A stretch of 64,000 bases of DNA from Oscillospiraceae bacterium (GCA_963610435.1 CAVDNW010000001.1:47105-111104); one strand, 5' to 3'; counted from the first letter of the stretch, positions 56,044 to 64,000 are shown. Notes: generated by a model not told the origin, from the sequence alone. Program-made: numbers and translations.

Positions 56044-56694
56044 TTATTGATCTGTCTGCCCATCGGTTATCTCTTCCGCCACAACGGTTGAGTCGTCCTT
56101 TACACCTTGCTGCGATTTCTCGAACGCCTTGCGGCACTGGTGGATTTTGATGGCATCGACCAGGTCTATCATGCCATAGGCCATCATGCCCCAGCCGATG
56201 ATGAAGAGTGGAGCGGATGCAATGACGCTGGGCTTCACCAAGGCCACGATACCCACGAGAAAGATGATGACGGGAAACACCCACCACACGTAACCGATGC
56301 GCGAGAACTTGGTGGCGACCGCAAGGTTGAAGAACAAGTTGAGGGCGCCGAGAATCAAGATGGCTGACAGAATGAACATCAGTCCGTCGACAAACGAGTT
56401 GGGAAGCATGGCGAGCAAGGCACCCAGAATGATAGAGCCGACCCCCACGATGGGGAAGGCGGGCTTGGGACGTGTCAGCCGGTTGCCGTTGGCGTCGAAG
56501 ATGTCGATGCCGTCGGCTGTGGCTTGCCGTCTGGCAGAGAAATAGGCCACCACGCTGATGACGCCCGAGACAAAGAACATGACACCGATGGCAACGGTAA
56601 TCCATGTCACCGTCTGTTCGCGATACTTGACGAGCAGGGCTCCTACGACAATGGCGCAGATAGCCCTGAAGATGCTGCTTTGGAATACTTTCAT
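56044..56694 (-). CDS. HdeD/DUF308 family membrane protein
   Basis: Start set at ATG 56694 (MKVFQSSIFRAICAIVVGALLV). Six hydrophobic helices in the paired DUF308 pattern. Confidence 0.7.
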   Translation of the reverse strand: MKVFQSSIFRAICAIVVGALLVKYREQTVTWITVAIGVMFFVSGVISVVAYFSARRQATADGIDIFDANGNRLTRPKPAFPIVGVGSIILGALLAMLPNSFVDGLMFILSAILILGALNLFFNLAVATKFSRIGYVWWVFPVIIFLVGIVALVKPSVIASAPLFIIGWGMMAYGMIDLVDAIKIHQCRKAFEKSQQGVKDDSTVVAEEITDGQTDQ

Positions 56695-56698
56695 GCCG

Positions 56699-56706
56699 CA
56701 AAGATA
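56699..56706 (-). promoter_or_regulatory. -7 promoter box TATCTTTG only 5 nt from the ATG (leaderless candidate)
   Basis: Plus-strand caaagata (56699-56706). The ATG is at 56694. Confidence 0.4.
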
Positions 56707-56789
56707 ATAAAAAGTCGGGAGCGACGCTTGTTTGACGATGTGTTTTTGCGGCGCAGGTGTGCGAAAAAATCTTAATGACAAGTTATCTT

Positions 56790-57296
56790 ATGACCACGTT
56801 GTACTTAGTGCGCCACGGCGAGACCGTGGACAACAAGGCCCAGATCATGCAAGGACAGACCGATGGCCAACTCAACGAGACCGGCCGTGTGCAGGCGCGT
56901 GCCGTGCGCGACAAGATGGCCCATGTGCCCATCGATTCCTTTGTGGCGAGCGACCTGCACCGCGCAGTGGAGACCTGCGAGATCATCGCTGCGCCACACG
57001 GCAAACCGGTGGTGACCACCCCGCTGCTTCGCGAGCGCGACTGGGGCAGTTTCACGGGCATGTTCATTCCTGACCTGAAGGGACGAACGTGGCCCGACGA
57101 CATTGAGACTCTCGACGGCCTGAAGCGCCGCGCAGGCGAGTTTCTGGCCTGGGTGAAGGATACCTATCCTGGCCAGACCGTGCTTGCCGTGGGCCACGGT
57201 ATCATCAACAAGGCCATACAGAGCGTCTTTTTCGACAAACCCATGAACGAGGTGGCGAAGATGGCCAATGCCGAGGTGCGCCTCTTGCGTCTCTGA
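56790..57296 (+). CDS. histidine phosphatase (phosphoglycerate mutase) family protein
   Basis: Start at ATG 56790 (MTTLYLVRHGETVDN). RHG and the later H of the HP superfamily (VGHG) are present. Confidence 0.85.
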   Translation: MTTLYLVRHGETVDNKAQIMQGQTDGQLNETGRVQARAVRDKMAHVPIDSFVASDLHRAVETCEIIAAPHGKPVVTTPLLRERDWGSFTGMFIPDLKGRTWPDDIETLDGLKRRAGEFLAWVKDTYPGQTVLAVGHGIINKAIQSVFFDKPMNEVAKMANAEVRLLRL

Positions 57297-57343
57297 CGCC
57301 AAACCGAGGCCCGATAGCTATTCGGTGGTCGGCAAACATAAAA

Positions 57344-57380
57344 GTAGGAGATAAACCTATGAAAAGTGTTTACCTCCTAC
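57344..57380. terminator. 13-bp hairpin between convergent genes
   Basis: gtaggagataaac (57344-57356) pairs with gtttacctcctac (57368-57380) with one mismatch. Confidence 0.65.
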
Positions 57381-57472
57381 CTGATTATTACTCTCTAGTG
57401 TTGTTGTCCTGAATCAATCTCTGTTTTTTCAGTGCCTATTATTTCTTCAAAAAATAGTTATTGATGCTTAGT

Positions 57473-58447
57473 TTATTTTCTCCCAAAGTGACCGCCGGTC
57501 GAACGGGTGGCACCGCCGTTGTTGCCGCCGCCGAAGCTTCTTGAGACACCGCCCGACTGGCTGGGTGCGCTGAAGCTGCGTGTTGGGGCCGACTGTCTGA
57601 CCGAGCTGTTGCCGAAGCTGCGCGTGGCAGTAGACTGGCGTTGGCTGGTGCTGGGCGTGAAGGTGTTGCTGGGCTTTGTCGTTGACGTGTTGCCGCGGCC
57701 GAAGGTGCGTTGGCTGTTGCTGGGCTGTGTCACCGTGGTGCGCGTGCTGCTCTGGCGCATGGCGCCACCAAAGGTGCGTGTGGTGCCGTTAGTGGTCTGT
57801 GTGTTGCGCTGGTTGCCGCCGAAAGTGCGCTGGTTGTTGGCCGTCTGGTTGTTGGCGAAGCGTGTGCCGTTGCCAAACTGGCGTGTGCCATGATTGTCGG
57901 CAAGCTGCTGCCCGCGTCCGAAGTCGCCTCGGTCGAAGCCGTCGCGCATGCCCATGCGCCGTCCGCCGTCGGGTCTTGGTCCGCCCCATGTGCGGCCGTG
58001 GTACCAGCTGGCTCCGCCGTTCATCCTCCAGCTGTGTCCGCCGCGATAGCTCACGTAGAATGCCGGCCGGCCGAAGTAGAAGTAGTCGCGGTGTGGGTAG
58101 CGGGCGTAGATGCGGAAGTGCCAGAAGCCTGCGTCCCAGTAGAGCGGACGGTAGAAATAGGCTGCATCCACGAATGCGCGGTATTGCCAGTCGAGCAGGA
58201 TGTAGCTCAAGTCGAGATTGCGGTGTGTCCAATAGTTGCCGTAGAGGTCATTGCGACTGTTGATGCCCATGAGATAGTCGAGGTTGATTTCGTAGGCAGC
58301 CTCGTACTGGTCATCGGTGAGGTTGAGCTCGTATGCCATCTTGTCGGTGAGAAAGAGGGCTTGGTCGCGGGCCTGCTCGTAACTCATGGCTGATGCCTGG
58401 ACTGTCATTGTGATCAGTGCAACAAGCGTTAACATAAACTTTTTCAT
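57473..58447 (-). CDS. secreted protein with aromatic-rich N-domain and R-[TS]-F-G repeat tail
   Basis: 324 aa. Signal peptide ending in VQASA. Trp/Tyr/Phe-rich domain. The C-terminal ~170 aa carry at least 7 copies of the R(T/S/Q)FG(G/N/R) motif in an Asn/Gln/Thr/Ser-rich context. Confidence 0.6.
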   Translation of the reverse strand: MKKFMLTLVALITMTVQASAMSYEQARDQALFLTDKMAYELNLTDDQYEAAYEINLDYLMGINSRNDLYGNYWTHRNLDLSYILLDWQYRAFVDAAYFYRPLYWDAGFWHFRIYARYPHRDYFYFGRPAFYVSYRGGHSWRMNGGASWYHGRTWGGPRPDGGRRMGMRDGFDRGDFGRGQQLADNHGTRQFGNGTRFANNQTANNQRTFGGNQRNTQTTNGTTRTFGGAMRQSSTRTTVTQPSNSQRTFGRGNTSTTKPSNTFTPSTSQRQSTATRSFGNSSVRQSAPTRSFSAPSQSGGVSRSFGGGNNGGATRSTGGHFGRK

Positions 58448-58623
58448 ATCTCTGACTATTAGAGGTTCGACATGTTCTGAAGATGTTCTTTCATCTTTTC
58501 ACGTTGCAAAAATACGCCAATAATTCGGGCTTCCAAAAGGTTTTTCCCTACATCGGGAGGGAAAATCCCTATGTTGGGCTTCTTTTTGTGGGCCATTAGG
58601 TCTTTGCCCTCACGAAAATCATG

Positions 58624-58631
58624 TATCTTTG
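58624..58631 (+). promoter_or_regulatory. -7 promoter box TATCTTTG (wzi-like)
   Basis: TAnnTTTG match 59 nt upstream of ATG 58690. Confidence 0.5.
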
Positions 58632-58689
58632 CATATTATATATAGGTGGGGGCTTAAGCCTTCCATCCGAACCCAGAAAACAACAACAG

Positions 58690-60261
58690 ATGAAACGACC
58701 TGTCCTTATCCTTGCGGCGCTGATGTCGGCAGCCCCCCTGCTGGCGCAGTATGCCTGGCAGTATGACGCCGTTCCGGGCAAGTTGCGCCTGGGCGACGGC
58801 ATCCACTATGAGGCGGAAGCGCAAGGCTCGTTCTCGAAAGGCAAGACACCCTTGTGGCTCAATGCCAACAAGTATGGCCTGTCGTCGCTCGACAAGACCA
58901 ATGGCTATGTGCGCGCATCGGCCATCCGCCCGCTCGCCAACGACTCCGCTCGCCGCTGGGGTGTTGGCTATGGTGTCGATGTGGCCGCTGCGCTCCACTA
59001 CACCAGCAACGTTGTGGTGCAGCAGGCCTTCGTCGAGGGCCGTTGGCTCCACGGCACACTGACTGTCGGAGCCAAGGAGGAGCCTATGGAACTGAAGAAC
59101 AACCGGTTGAGCAGCGGTTCACAGACGCTGGGCATCAACGCCCGACCCGTGCCGCAGGTGCGGTTGGCGCTGCCCCGCTATTGGACCATCCCTGCCCTGG
59201 GCCGTTGGCTCCAGTTGAAGGGACACATCGCCTATGGCATGATGACCGACGATGGTTGGCAGCACTCGTTCACCGACAGGAAAAGCAAGTATGCCGACCG
59301 TGTGCTCTATCACAGCAAGGCCGGCTACCTGAAGATCGGCAGCGAAGACCGCTTTCTGCCTTGGTCGCTGGAGCTCGGCCTGGAGCAGGCTACCCTCTTC
59401 GGCGGCACCTCCTACGTGCCCGACGGAAGCGGCGGCATGCGTGTCATCGAGAACGACAAAGGGCTCTCCAGTTTCTGGCACGCTTTCATCCCAGCCGGCG
59501 GCGACAAACCCAGCGAGGGTACAGTCTATCGCAACAAGGAGGGAAACGTGTTGGGCAGTTGGCTCGTGCGTCTCAACTATGACGGCGACAACATGGCGTT
59601 CCACCTTTATGCCGACAAGTACTATGAGGACCTGTCGTCGATGTTCCAGCTCGACTATGACGGCTACGGTGAGGGAACCGAATGGAACACGAAGAAAAAG
59701 ACCCGTTTCTTCCTTTACGACTTCAAGGACTGGATGCTCGGAGCCGAACTCAACCTGAAGTATGGCACGTGGCTGCGCAGTGTGGTGTTTGAGTATCTCT
59801 ATACCGAATACCAGAGTGGCCCCGTCTACCACGACCACTCGTCGGGACGCAGTGACCATGTGGGCGGACGCGATGAATTCTATAACCACTATCTCTATGC
59901 CGGATGGCAACACTGGGGACAGGCCATCGGCAATCCGCTCTACCGCTCGCCCATCTACAACGACAATGGTTCCATCCGCTTTGAAGACAACCGCTTCATG
60001 GCCTTCCATCTCGGCTTCGACGGCCAACCCACCGAACGTCTCGACTATCGTGTGCTGGCCACCTACCAGGAAGGCCTCGGCACCTATGAGACGCCCTACA
60101 CCAAGAAGCACCACAATGTGAGCTTCATGGTCGAAGCGGGTTATCAGTTGCCTCGTGGCTGGCGGGTGCGTGGTGCCTATGGCATGGACTTCGGCCACAT
60201 ACTCGGCTCAAACGCCGGTTTCCAACTTACCGTTTCCAAATCAGGAGTATTCAATCTATGA
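58690..60261 (+). CDS. capsule assembly Wzi-family outer membrane protein
   Basis: Start at ATG 58690 (MKRPVLILAALMSAAPLLAQ). The GKTPLWLNANKYGLSSL opening and the long barrel resemble Wzi-family proteins. Confidence 0.7.
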   Translation: MKRPVLILAALMSAAPLLAQYAWQYDAVPGKLRLGDGIHYEAEAQGSFSKGKTPLWLNANKYGLSSLDKTNGYVRASAIRPLANDSARRWGVGYGVDVAAALHYTSNVVVQQAFVEGRWLHGTLTVGAKEEPMELKNNRLSSGSQTLGINARPVPQVRLALPRYWTIPALGRWLQLKGHIAYGMMTDDGWQHSFTDRKSKYADRVLYHSKAGYLKIGSEDRFLPWSLELGLEQATLFGGTSYVPDGSGGMRVIENDKGLSSFWHAFIPAGGDKPSEGTVYRNKEGNVLGSWLVRLNYDGDNMAFHLYADKYYEDLSSMFQLDYDGYGEGTEWNTKKKTRFFLYDFKDWMLGAELNLKYGTWLRSVVFEYLYTEYQSGPVYHDHSSGRSDHVGGRDEFYNHYLYAGWQHWGQAIGNPLYRSPIYNDNGSIRFEDNRFMAFHLGFDGQPTERLDYRVLATYQEGLGTYETPYTKKHHNVSFMVEAGYQLPRGWRVRGAYGMDFGHILGSNAGFQLTVSKSGVFNL

Positions 60262-60698
60262 AAAAGATATTTCTCTTTGCCGCTGGCCTTGTTTTGACCA
60301 CGTCGTGCGGCGATCTATTAGAAACATCGGACAATGGCGACCTTGACGGCTATTGGCAGCTGGCCCGGGTCGACACGCTGGCCACGGGAGCTACGAAAGA
60401 CATGACCAGCAGCAAGGTGTTCTGGGGCGTGCAGGGCAAGTTTCTCGATGTGCTCGACACCCATAAGTCGCCCACATATGGTTACATGTTTCGGTTCCAG
60501 CACACGGCCGACTCGCTGTGGCTCTCCGATGCCCGCGTGAACAACCGCGAAGTGTCCGACTCGCTGCTGACCGACGTGTCGCCGCTGCGCCCCTTGGGCG
60601 TCAACGAGCTGGCTGAGCACTTCCTCGTGGAGCGGCTCACGGGCAGCCGCATGGTGCTGCGTGGCAAGGTCATCCGCCTGCACTTCCGTAAGTTCTGA
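60258..60698 (+). CDS. lipocalin-like lipoprotein
   Basis: 146 aa. Lipobox LTTSCGD. GYWQL motif. Start overlaps the wzi stop (ATGA). Confidence 0.6.
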   Translation: MKKIFLFAAGLVLTTSCGDLLETSDNGDLDGYWQLARVDTLATGATKDMTSSKVFWGVQGKFLDVLDTHKSPTYGYMFRFQHTADSLWLSDARVNNREVSDSLLTDVSPLRPLGVNELAEHFLVERLTGSRMVLRGKVIRLHFRKF

Positions 60699-60808
60699 CC
60701 CGCTGTGGCCTGCATCTACGCAACGCGCCCTGCCACTTGATACTGGTGGCAGGGCGCGTTGTGCTTGTGGGCGGCAGGCTTCGCTCGTGCGGAGTGTGTG
60801 TGGAAGCA

Positions 60809-61477
60809 TTAGAATTTCTTGCCCTTCACGATGTTGAGGAAAGTCATGAAGAGGATTTTCATCTCAAACCACCAACTGCGGTGCTCGAGGTAGTAGAGGT
60901 CGAACTCCAGACGGCGGAGCATCTTCTCCAGCGTGTCGCAATAGCCATTGTAGAGCGTGGCGTAGGAGGTGACGCCCGGACGGATTTGGTAGAGGTTCTG
61001 GTAGCGCGGGTCGCGCTTCATGATTTGCTTGATGTAGTATTCGCGCTCGGGGCGCGGGCCGATGAAGGCCATGTCGCCGACAAGCACGTTGTAGAGCTGG
61101 GGCAACTCGTCGAGGTGATGGGCACGAAGGAAACGGCCCACGCGTGTCAGGCGGCAGTCGTCCTCATGTGCGGTGAGCTGCGGCCCGTTCTGCTCGGCGT
61201 TGAGCTTCATGCTGCGGAACTTGTAGATAAAGAACGGACGCCCATATCGCCCGATGCGCTCCTGTTTGTAGATGGCGGGACCGCCGTCCTCACGCCTCAC
61301 GGCGATGTAGCAGAAGAGAAACAGGGGGGAGAAGACGATGAGGCAGATGAGCGCCACGCAGAAGTCGAAGCAACGCTTCAGGTCGCGGCCCGCCTCGGTC
61401 ATGCCGTCCTCGACGTAGTCTTCTTCGCTGAGCAGGGATATGGATTGTAGATATTCGCTGGAGGGATTGGTCATCAT
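60809..61477 (-). CDS. undecaprenyl-phosphate sugar phosphotransferase (Bac_transf family), copy 1
   Basis: 222 aa. KRCFDF...SPLFLFCYIAVRREDGGPAIYKQERIGRYGRPFFIYKFRSM...DELPQLYNVLVGDMAFIGPRPER. Confidence 0.9.
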   Translation of the reverse strand: MMTNPSSEYLQSISLLSEEDYVEDGMTEAGRDLKRCFDFCVALICLIVFSPLFLFCYIAVRREDGGPAIYKQERIGRYGRPFFIYKFRSMKLNAEQNGPQLTAHEDDCRLTRVGRFLRAHHLDELPQLYNVLVGDMAFIGPRPEREYYIKQIMKRDPRYQNLYQIRPGVTSYATLYNGYCDTLEKMLRRLEFDLYYLEHRSWWFEMKILFMTFLNIVKGKKF

Positions 61478-62025
61478 AAGTCTTAGTTCTCGTTGGTTAT
61501 TAGGATAACGAAAGCGGATGCAGGTTTATTATACTTTGTTCACAAATATTTTTGATACAATGTATAACACAAGCTTTGAACTAGGAAAAAAACAGACAAG
61601 GCTCTTGCGCAGCAGTCAGCAACAGGCTAGCGTGTGAGCTGTGGCGCAAAAACGACGGATTTTGTAAATTTCTTGCAACTTGCAGAATGTCAGCGCTTTG
61701 CAAGTTTCTTTATTTCCCCGCCGTTCGGAGTGGTGGCCGGTGCCCGATGATAGGTGCCGTATCGGGCCGCGACAGATGCCATATCGAGGTGCGGCTAGTG
61801 GTGTATCGGGTCTCGATAGATGGCATACTGCATCACGATAGGTGCCAAACTTTGGGCGGAGGCTTGGCAATCCCCGGGAATACGGAGGAAAAACGAAGGT
61901 GTGAGGATTTGCGGAGCGAAGAATCGGTCCTGCCTGTCTGCTGGAAAGAGAGGCCGGCAGGAATGTTTTTTTGTCAGTTTGCGTTACAAAAAAAGCTGTG
62001 TAGGCAAAGATTCTGCACCTGCCGC

Positions 62026-62700
62026 TTAGAATATCTTTCCGAACATGATGTTGATGAATGTCTTGACGAGAATCTTGGCGTCGAGCCACCAGCTGCGGTG
62101 CTCGAGGTAGTAGAGGTCGAGTTCGAGGCGGCGGAGCATCTTCTCCATGGTGTCGGTGTAGCCGTTGTAGAGCGTGGCATAGGAAGTCACGCCGGGACGT
62201 ATCTGGTAGAGATAGACGTAGCGCGGGTCGTGCTGGATGATCTGGTCGATGTAGAACTTGCGCTCGGGCCGCGGACCGATGAAGGCCATGTCGCCCTTCA
62301 CCACATTCCACAGCTGGGGCAGTTCGTCGAGATGGTGCAAGCGAAGGAAGTGGCCCACACGGGTCATGCGCGTGTCGTGCTCATGCTGGTAGAGGGCTGG
62401 CCCGTCTTTCTCGGCGTCGACGCGCATGCTGCGGAACTTGTAAATCTTGAACGGGCGGCCAAACCGCCCGATGCGCTCCTGACTGAAGATGGCTGGCCCG
62501 CCGTCCTCGCGCTTCACGGCGATGTAGCAGATCAGGAAAAGGGGAGAGAACACTACCAGGGCGACAGAGGCTATGAGGAAATCGCCGATACGCTTGATGT
62601 TGCGTTCCACTTCGTTCATGCCGTCGGCGATGAAGCGGGGATTATCTATGTCGTCGTTCCTTTTGATGTATGGAGGTATGCGTCTTTCTTGTTGCTGCAT
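62026..62700 (-). CDS. undecaprenyl-phosphate sugar phosphotransferase (Bac_transf family), copy 2
   Basis: Start set at ATG 62700 (MQQQERRIPPY), which gives the same length as copy 1. The track ORF begins at a TTG inside the promoter box. Has the same motifs as copy 1. Confidence 0.85.
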   Translation of the reverse strand: MQQQERRIPPYIKRNDDIDNPRFIADGMNEVERNIKRIGDFLIASVALVVFSPLFLICYIAVKREDGGPAIFSQERIGRFGRPFKIYKFRSMRVDAEKDGPALYQHEHDTRMTRVGHFLRLHHLDELPQLWNVVKGDMAFIGPRPERKFYIDQIIQHDPRYVYLYQIRPGVTSYATLYNGYTDTMEKMLRRLELDLYYLEHRSWWLDAKILVKTFINIMFGKIF

Positions 62701-62811
62701 GTCTTTTTGTTTTTGGAGCAGATAGTGCACAAGCCAAATTCGTAACTTACATTTGCCACCAAACTGCGATAAACACTCAGGGTATGTTCTGTCCTGTTTG
62801 TTTTCATTTTG

Positions 62812-62819
62812 CAAAGGTA
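62812..62819 (-). promoter_or_regulatory. -7 promoter box TACCTTTG (sugar transferase copy 2, minus strand)
   Basis: Plus-strand caaaggta, 112 nt upstream of ATG 62700. Confidence 0.45.
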
Positions 62820-62915
62820 GACATTATTCTTGACTGTGCCAATAATAAACTTTAAAAAGAAGAGGAGAGGAAAGAATTTTGCTCTATTCTGCTTGCATAT
62901 TTGTTTTAAATCCAT

Positions 62916-62923
62916 TACTTTTG
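62916..62923 (+). promoter_or_regulatory. -7 promoter box TACTTTTG (GH16)
   Basis: TAnnTTTG match 72 nt upstream of ATG 62995. Confidence 0.45.
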
Positions 62924-62994
62924 TAGGACTCTGCTTTACGGTTTCAAGGAAACAAAAGTAGAAAATGGTTTAGAACAAAGGCAAGTTAGACAAG

Positions 62995-63861
62995 ATGAGA
63001 AGAATATCGGCGGTAGCATTTGCTGCCATTGTGTTGGCTTTGATTATGTGCTCTTTCGTACGGAAAGGTAAGAAACGTGTAACAGGTCAGATGGAGAACA
63101 CTGAATATCATTTGGTGTTCAGTGACGAATTCAATCTGCAAGATGATGCTCAGCCTAACCCTAAGGTGTGGTCACGAAGCGTTCGCGGTACGTCGAGGTG
63201 GAACCGGTGGATCAGTCAGTCGTCTGAGGTGGTTTTCATCAGAGATGGAAAACTTGTTTGTCGAGCTATTCCCAACATCAAGGATCATTCTGATACCGCA
63301 ACGATGTTGACAGGGGCTGTAGACACGCGCTTGTCTTTTGCTTTCCAATATGGTAAGATAGAAATACGCATGCGTACGAACATGCAACCAGGTAATTTTC
63401 CTGCAGCTTGGCTGTTGCCAAAACAGCCAGCTCCGCCTCATCCTTATAGTGGTGAGATAGACATTATGGAGTCTTACGGCTTGAACCCGAACACATACCA
63501 TACTGCCCACTCTTACTGGACAACGGACGCTAAACAAGCTATGACCCCTTGCCATCAGTTTCACGAAAAGGTAGACTTCACACAGTGGCACGTCTACGGG
63601 CTGGAATGGACTAAGGACCAAATGACGTGGACCGTGGACGGCAATGTCGTTGGAACTTATAAGCGTCTGAACACAAAAAAAGCGCGTAAGGGATTGCAAT
63701 GGCCTTACACTCGCCCGTTTTATATCATCTTGAACCAAAGCGTGGGAGACGAGACTTGGAATCGAACTTTGGCAAAAGCTCCCAAACTCAACACTACATA
63801 TGAGACAGAGTTTGACTGGGTGAGAGTCTATTCGCTTAGTAAAGAAAAAAAGACGAAATAA
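62995..63861 (+). CDS. membrane-anchored glycoside hydrolase family 16 (beta-glucanase-like)
   Basis: 288 aa. N-terminal TM anchor. FSDEFN and the catalytic GEIDIMES (ExDxxE) motif. WHVYGLEWT. Confidence 0.85.
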   Translation: MRRISAVAFAAIVLALIMCSFVRKGKKRVTGQMENTEYHLVFSDEFNLQDDAQPNPKVWSRSVRGTSRWNRWISQSSEVVFIRDGKLVCRAIPNIKDHSDTATMLTGAVDTRLSFAFQYGKIEIRMRTNMQPGNFPAAWLLPKQPAPPHPYSGEIDIMESYGLNPNTYHTAHSYWTTDAKQAMTPCHQFHEKVDFTQWHVYGLEWTKDQMTWTVDGNVVGTYKRLNTKKARKGLQWPYTRPFYIILNQSVGDETWNRTLAKAPKLNTTYETEFDWVRVYSLSKEKKTK

Positions 63862-63923
63862 TAGTGAAACTCATACACTGTTTAATATAACCTTCGCATT
63901 ATAAAAAACTAACAGTAGCCTAT

Positions 63924-64000
63924 ATGCACAACGATTTGGTGTCTATAATCATGCCTATGCACAACTCCGCCAAGTATGTCGGTGAAGCAATACAATCTGT
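63924..64000 (+). CDS. GT2 glycosyltransferase, first 25 codons only
   Basis: Hand translation gives MHNDLVSIIMPMHNSAKYVGEAIQS, matching the GT2 N-terminal pattern (VSIIxPxxN...I.E.I.S). Runs off the right edge. Confidence 0.5.
   Translation, partial: MHNDLVSIIMPMHNSAKYVGEAIQS

Noticed and set aside
1028-60198. Many long ORFs on the strand opposite confidently assigned genes: 1028-1921, 3093-3977, 12151-13101, 15476-16594, 17024-17890, 21917-23089, 28273-29265, 29368-30315, 30320-31549, 33644-34336, 34138-35106, 39432-40997, 42951-44093, 45609-46700, 49557-50411, 52322-53110, 53267-54412, 55811-56701, 57710-58393, 59119-60198.
   Set aside because: Their translations are Arg/Ala/Gly/His/Val-rich low-complexity strings with no recognisable motifs. 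Each lies fully inside a gene whose product is clearly recognisable on the other strand. This is the typical stop-poor antisense frame of GC-rich coding DNA.
61616-62745. ORFs 61616-62311 (minus, 231 aa) and 61687-62745 (plus, 352 aa) spanning the transferase spacer.
   Set aside because: Both run mainly antisense to, or out of frame with, the sugar transferase copy 2 gene. Their spacer-encoded parts merely translate the word repeats.
62646-62915. 89-aa minus-strand ORF, including a possible 53-aa uORF from ATG 62807, in the leader of sugar transferase copy 2.
   Set aside because: It overlaps the transferase start out of frame, has no recognisable features, and its first part precedes the -7 box. 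A regulatory uORF cannot be excluded, but it is unsupported.
1-64000. I looked for rRNA, tRNA, CRISPR arrays, IS elements/transposases, integrases, reverse transcriptases (DGR), restriction-modification and toxin-antitoxin pairs.
   Set aside because: I saw no spaced direct-repeat arrays, no tRNA-like T-arm (GGTTCGAATCC-type) in any intergenic gap, and no ORF with recombinase, RT or Cas motifs. The only mobile-type trace is the RHS remnant at 14145-14627.

Overview
This is a 64-kb chromosomal segment that looks Bacteroidota, most likely Bacteroidales/Prevotellaceae. The evidence is the TAnnTTTG -7 promoter boxes, many SpII lipoproteins, TonB-dependent barrels, T9SS C-terminal sorting tails and the conserved nusB-yajC-YbbR gene order. 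All calls come from reading the ORF track and the DNA by eye. No database search was possible, so family names are motif-level recognitions.

The backbone is housekeeping: yajC, nusB, rplY, pth, hslR, aroB, asnA, dnaX, an ftsB-like gene, dihydroorotase, plsC-like, mfd, trxB, gpx, rpmE2 and udk. It is interrupted by accessory blocks:

1. A T9SS-tailed multidomain glycosidase (9091-11856).
2. An AT-rich non-coding island of about 950 bp plus a collapsed RHS/YD N-terminal remnant (13180-14662), followed by a GH127.
3. Two tandem paralogous lipoprotein genes, one interrupted by an in-frame TAG (33659-34935).
4. A 7-TM AraC-type regulator, a 713-bp repeat-rich leader with a C9 tract, and a 3177-aa T9SS-tailed Fn3/LamG giant protein (35197-46592).
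5. A cluster in which two secreted nucleases flank a non-Sus TonB receptor and two surface lipoproteins (46809-54442). I read this as a candidate extracellular nucleic-acid capture and uptake system.
6. A surface-polysaccharide region with Wzi, two tandem priming sugar transferases separated by a repeat-rich spacer, and a lower-GC GH16/GT2 block at the right edge.

I found no rRNA, tRNA, CRISPR, transposase or integrase. Most long ORFs on the strand opposite assigned genes are GC-driven shadow ORFs.
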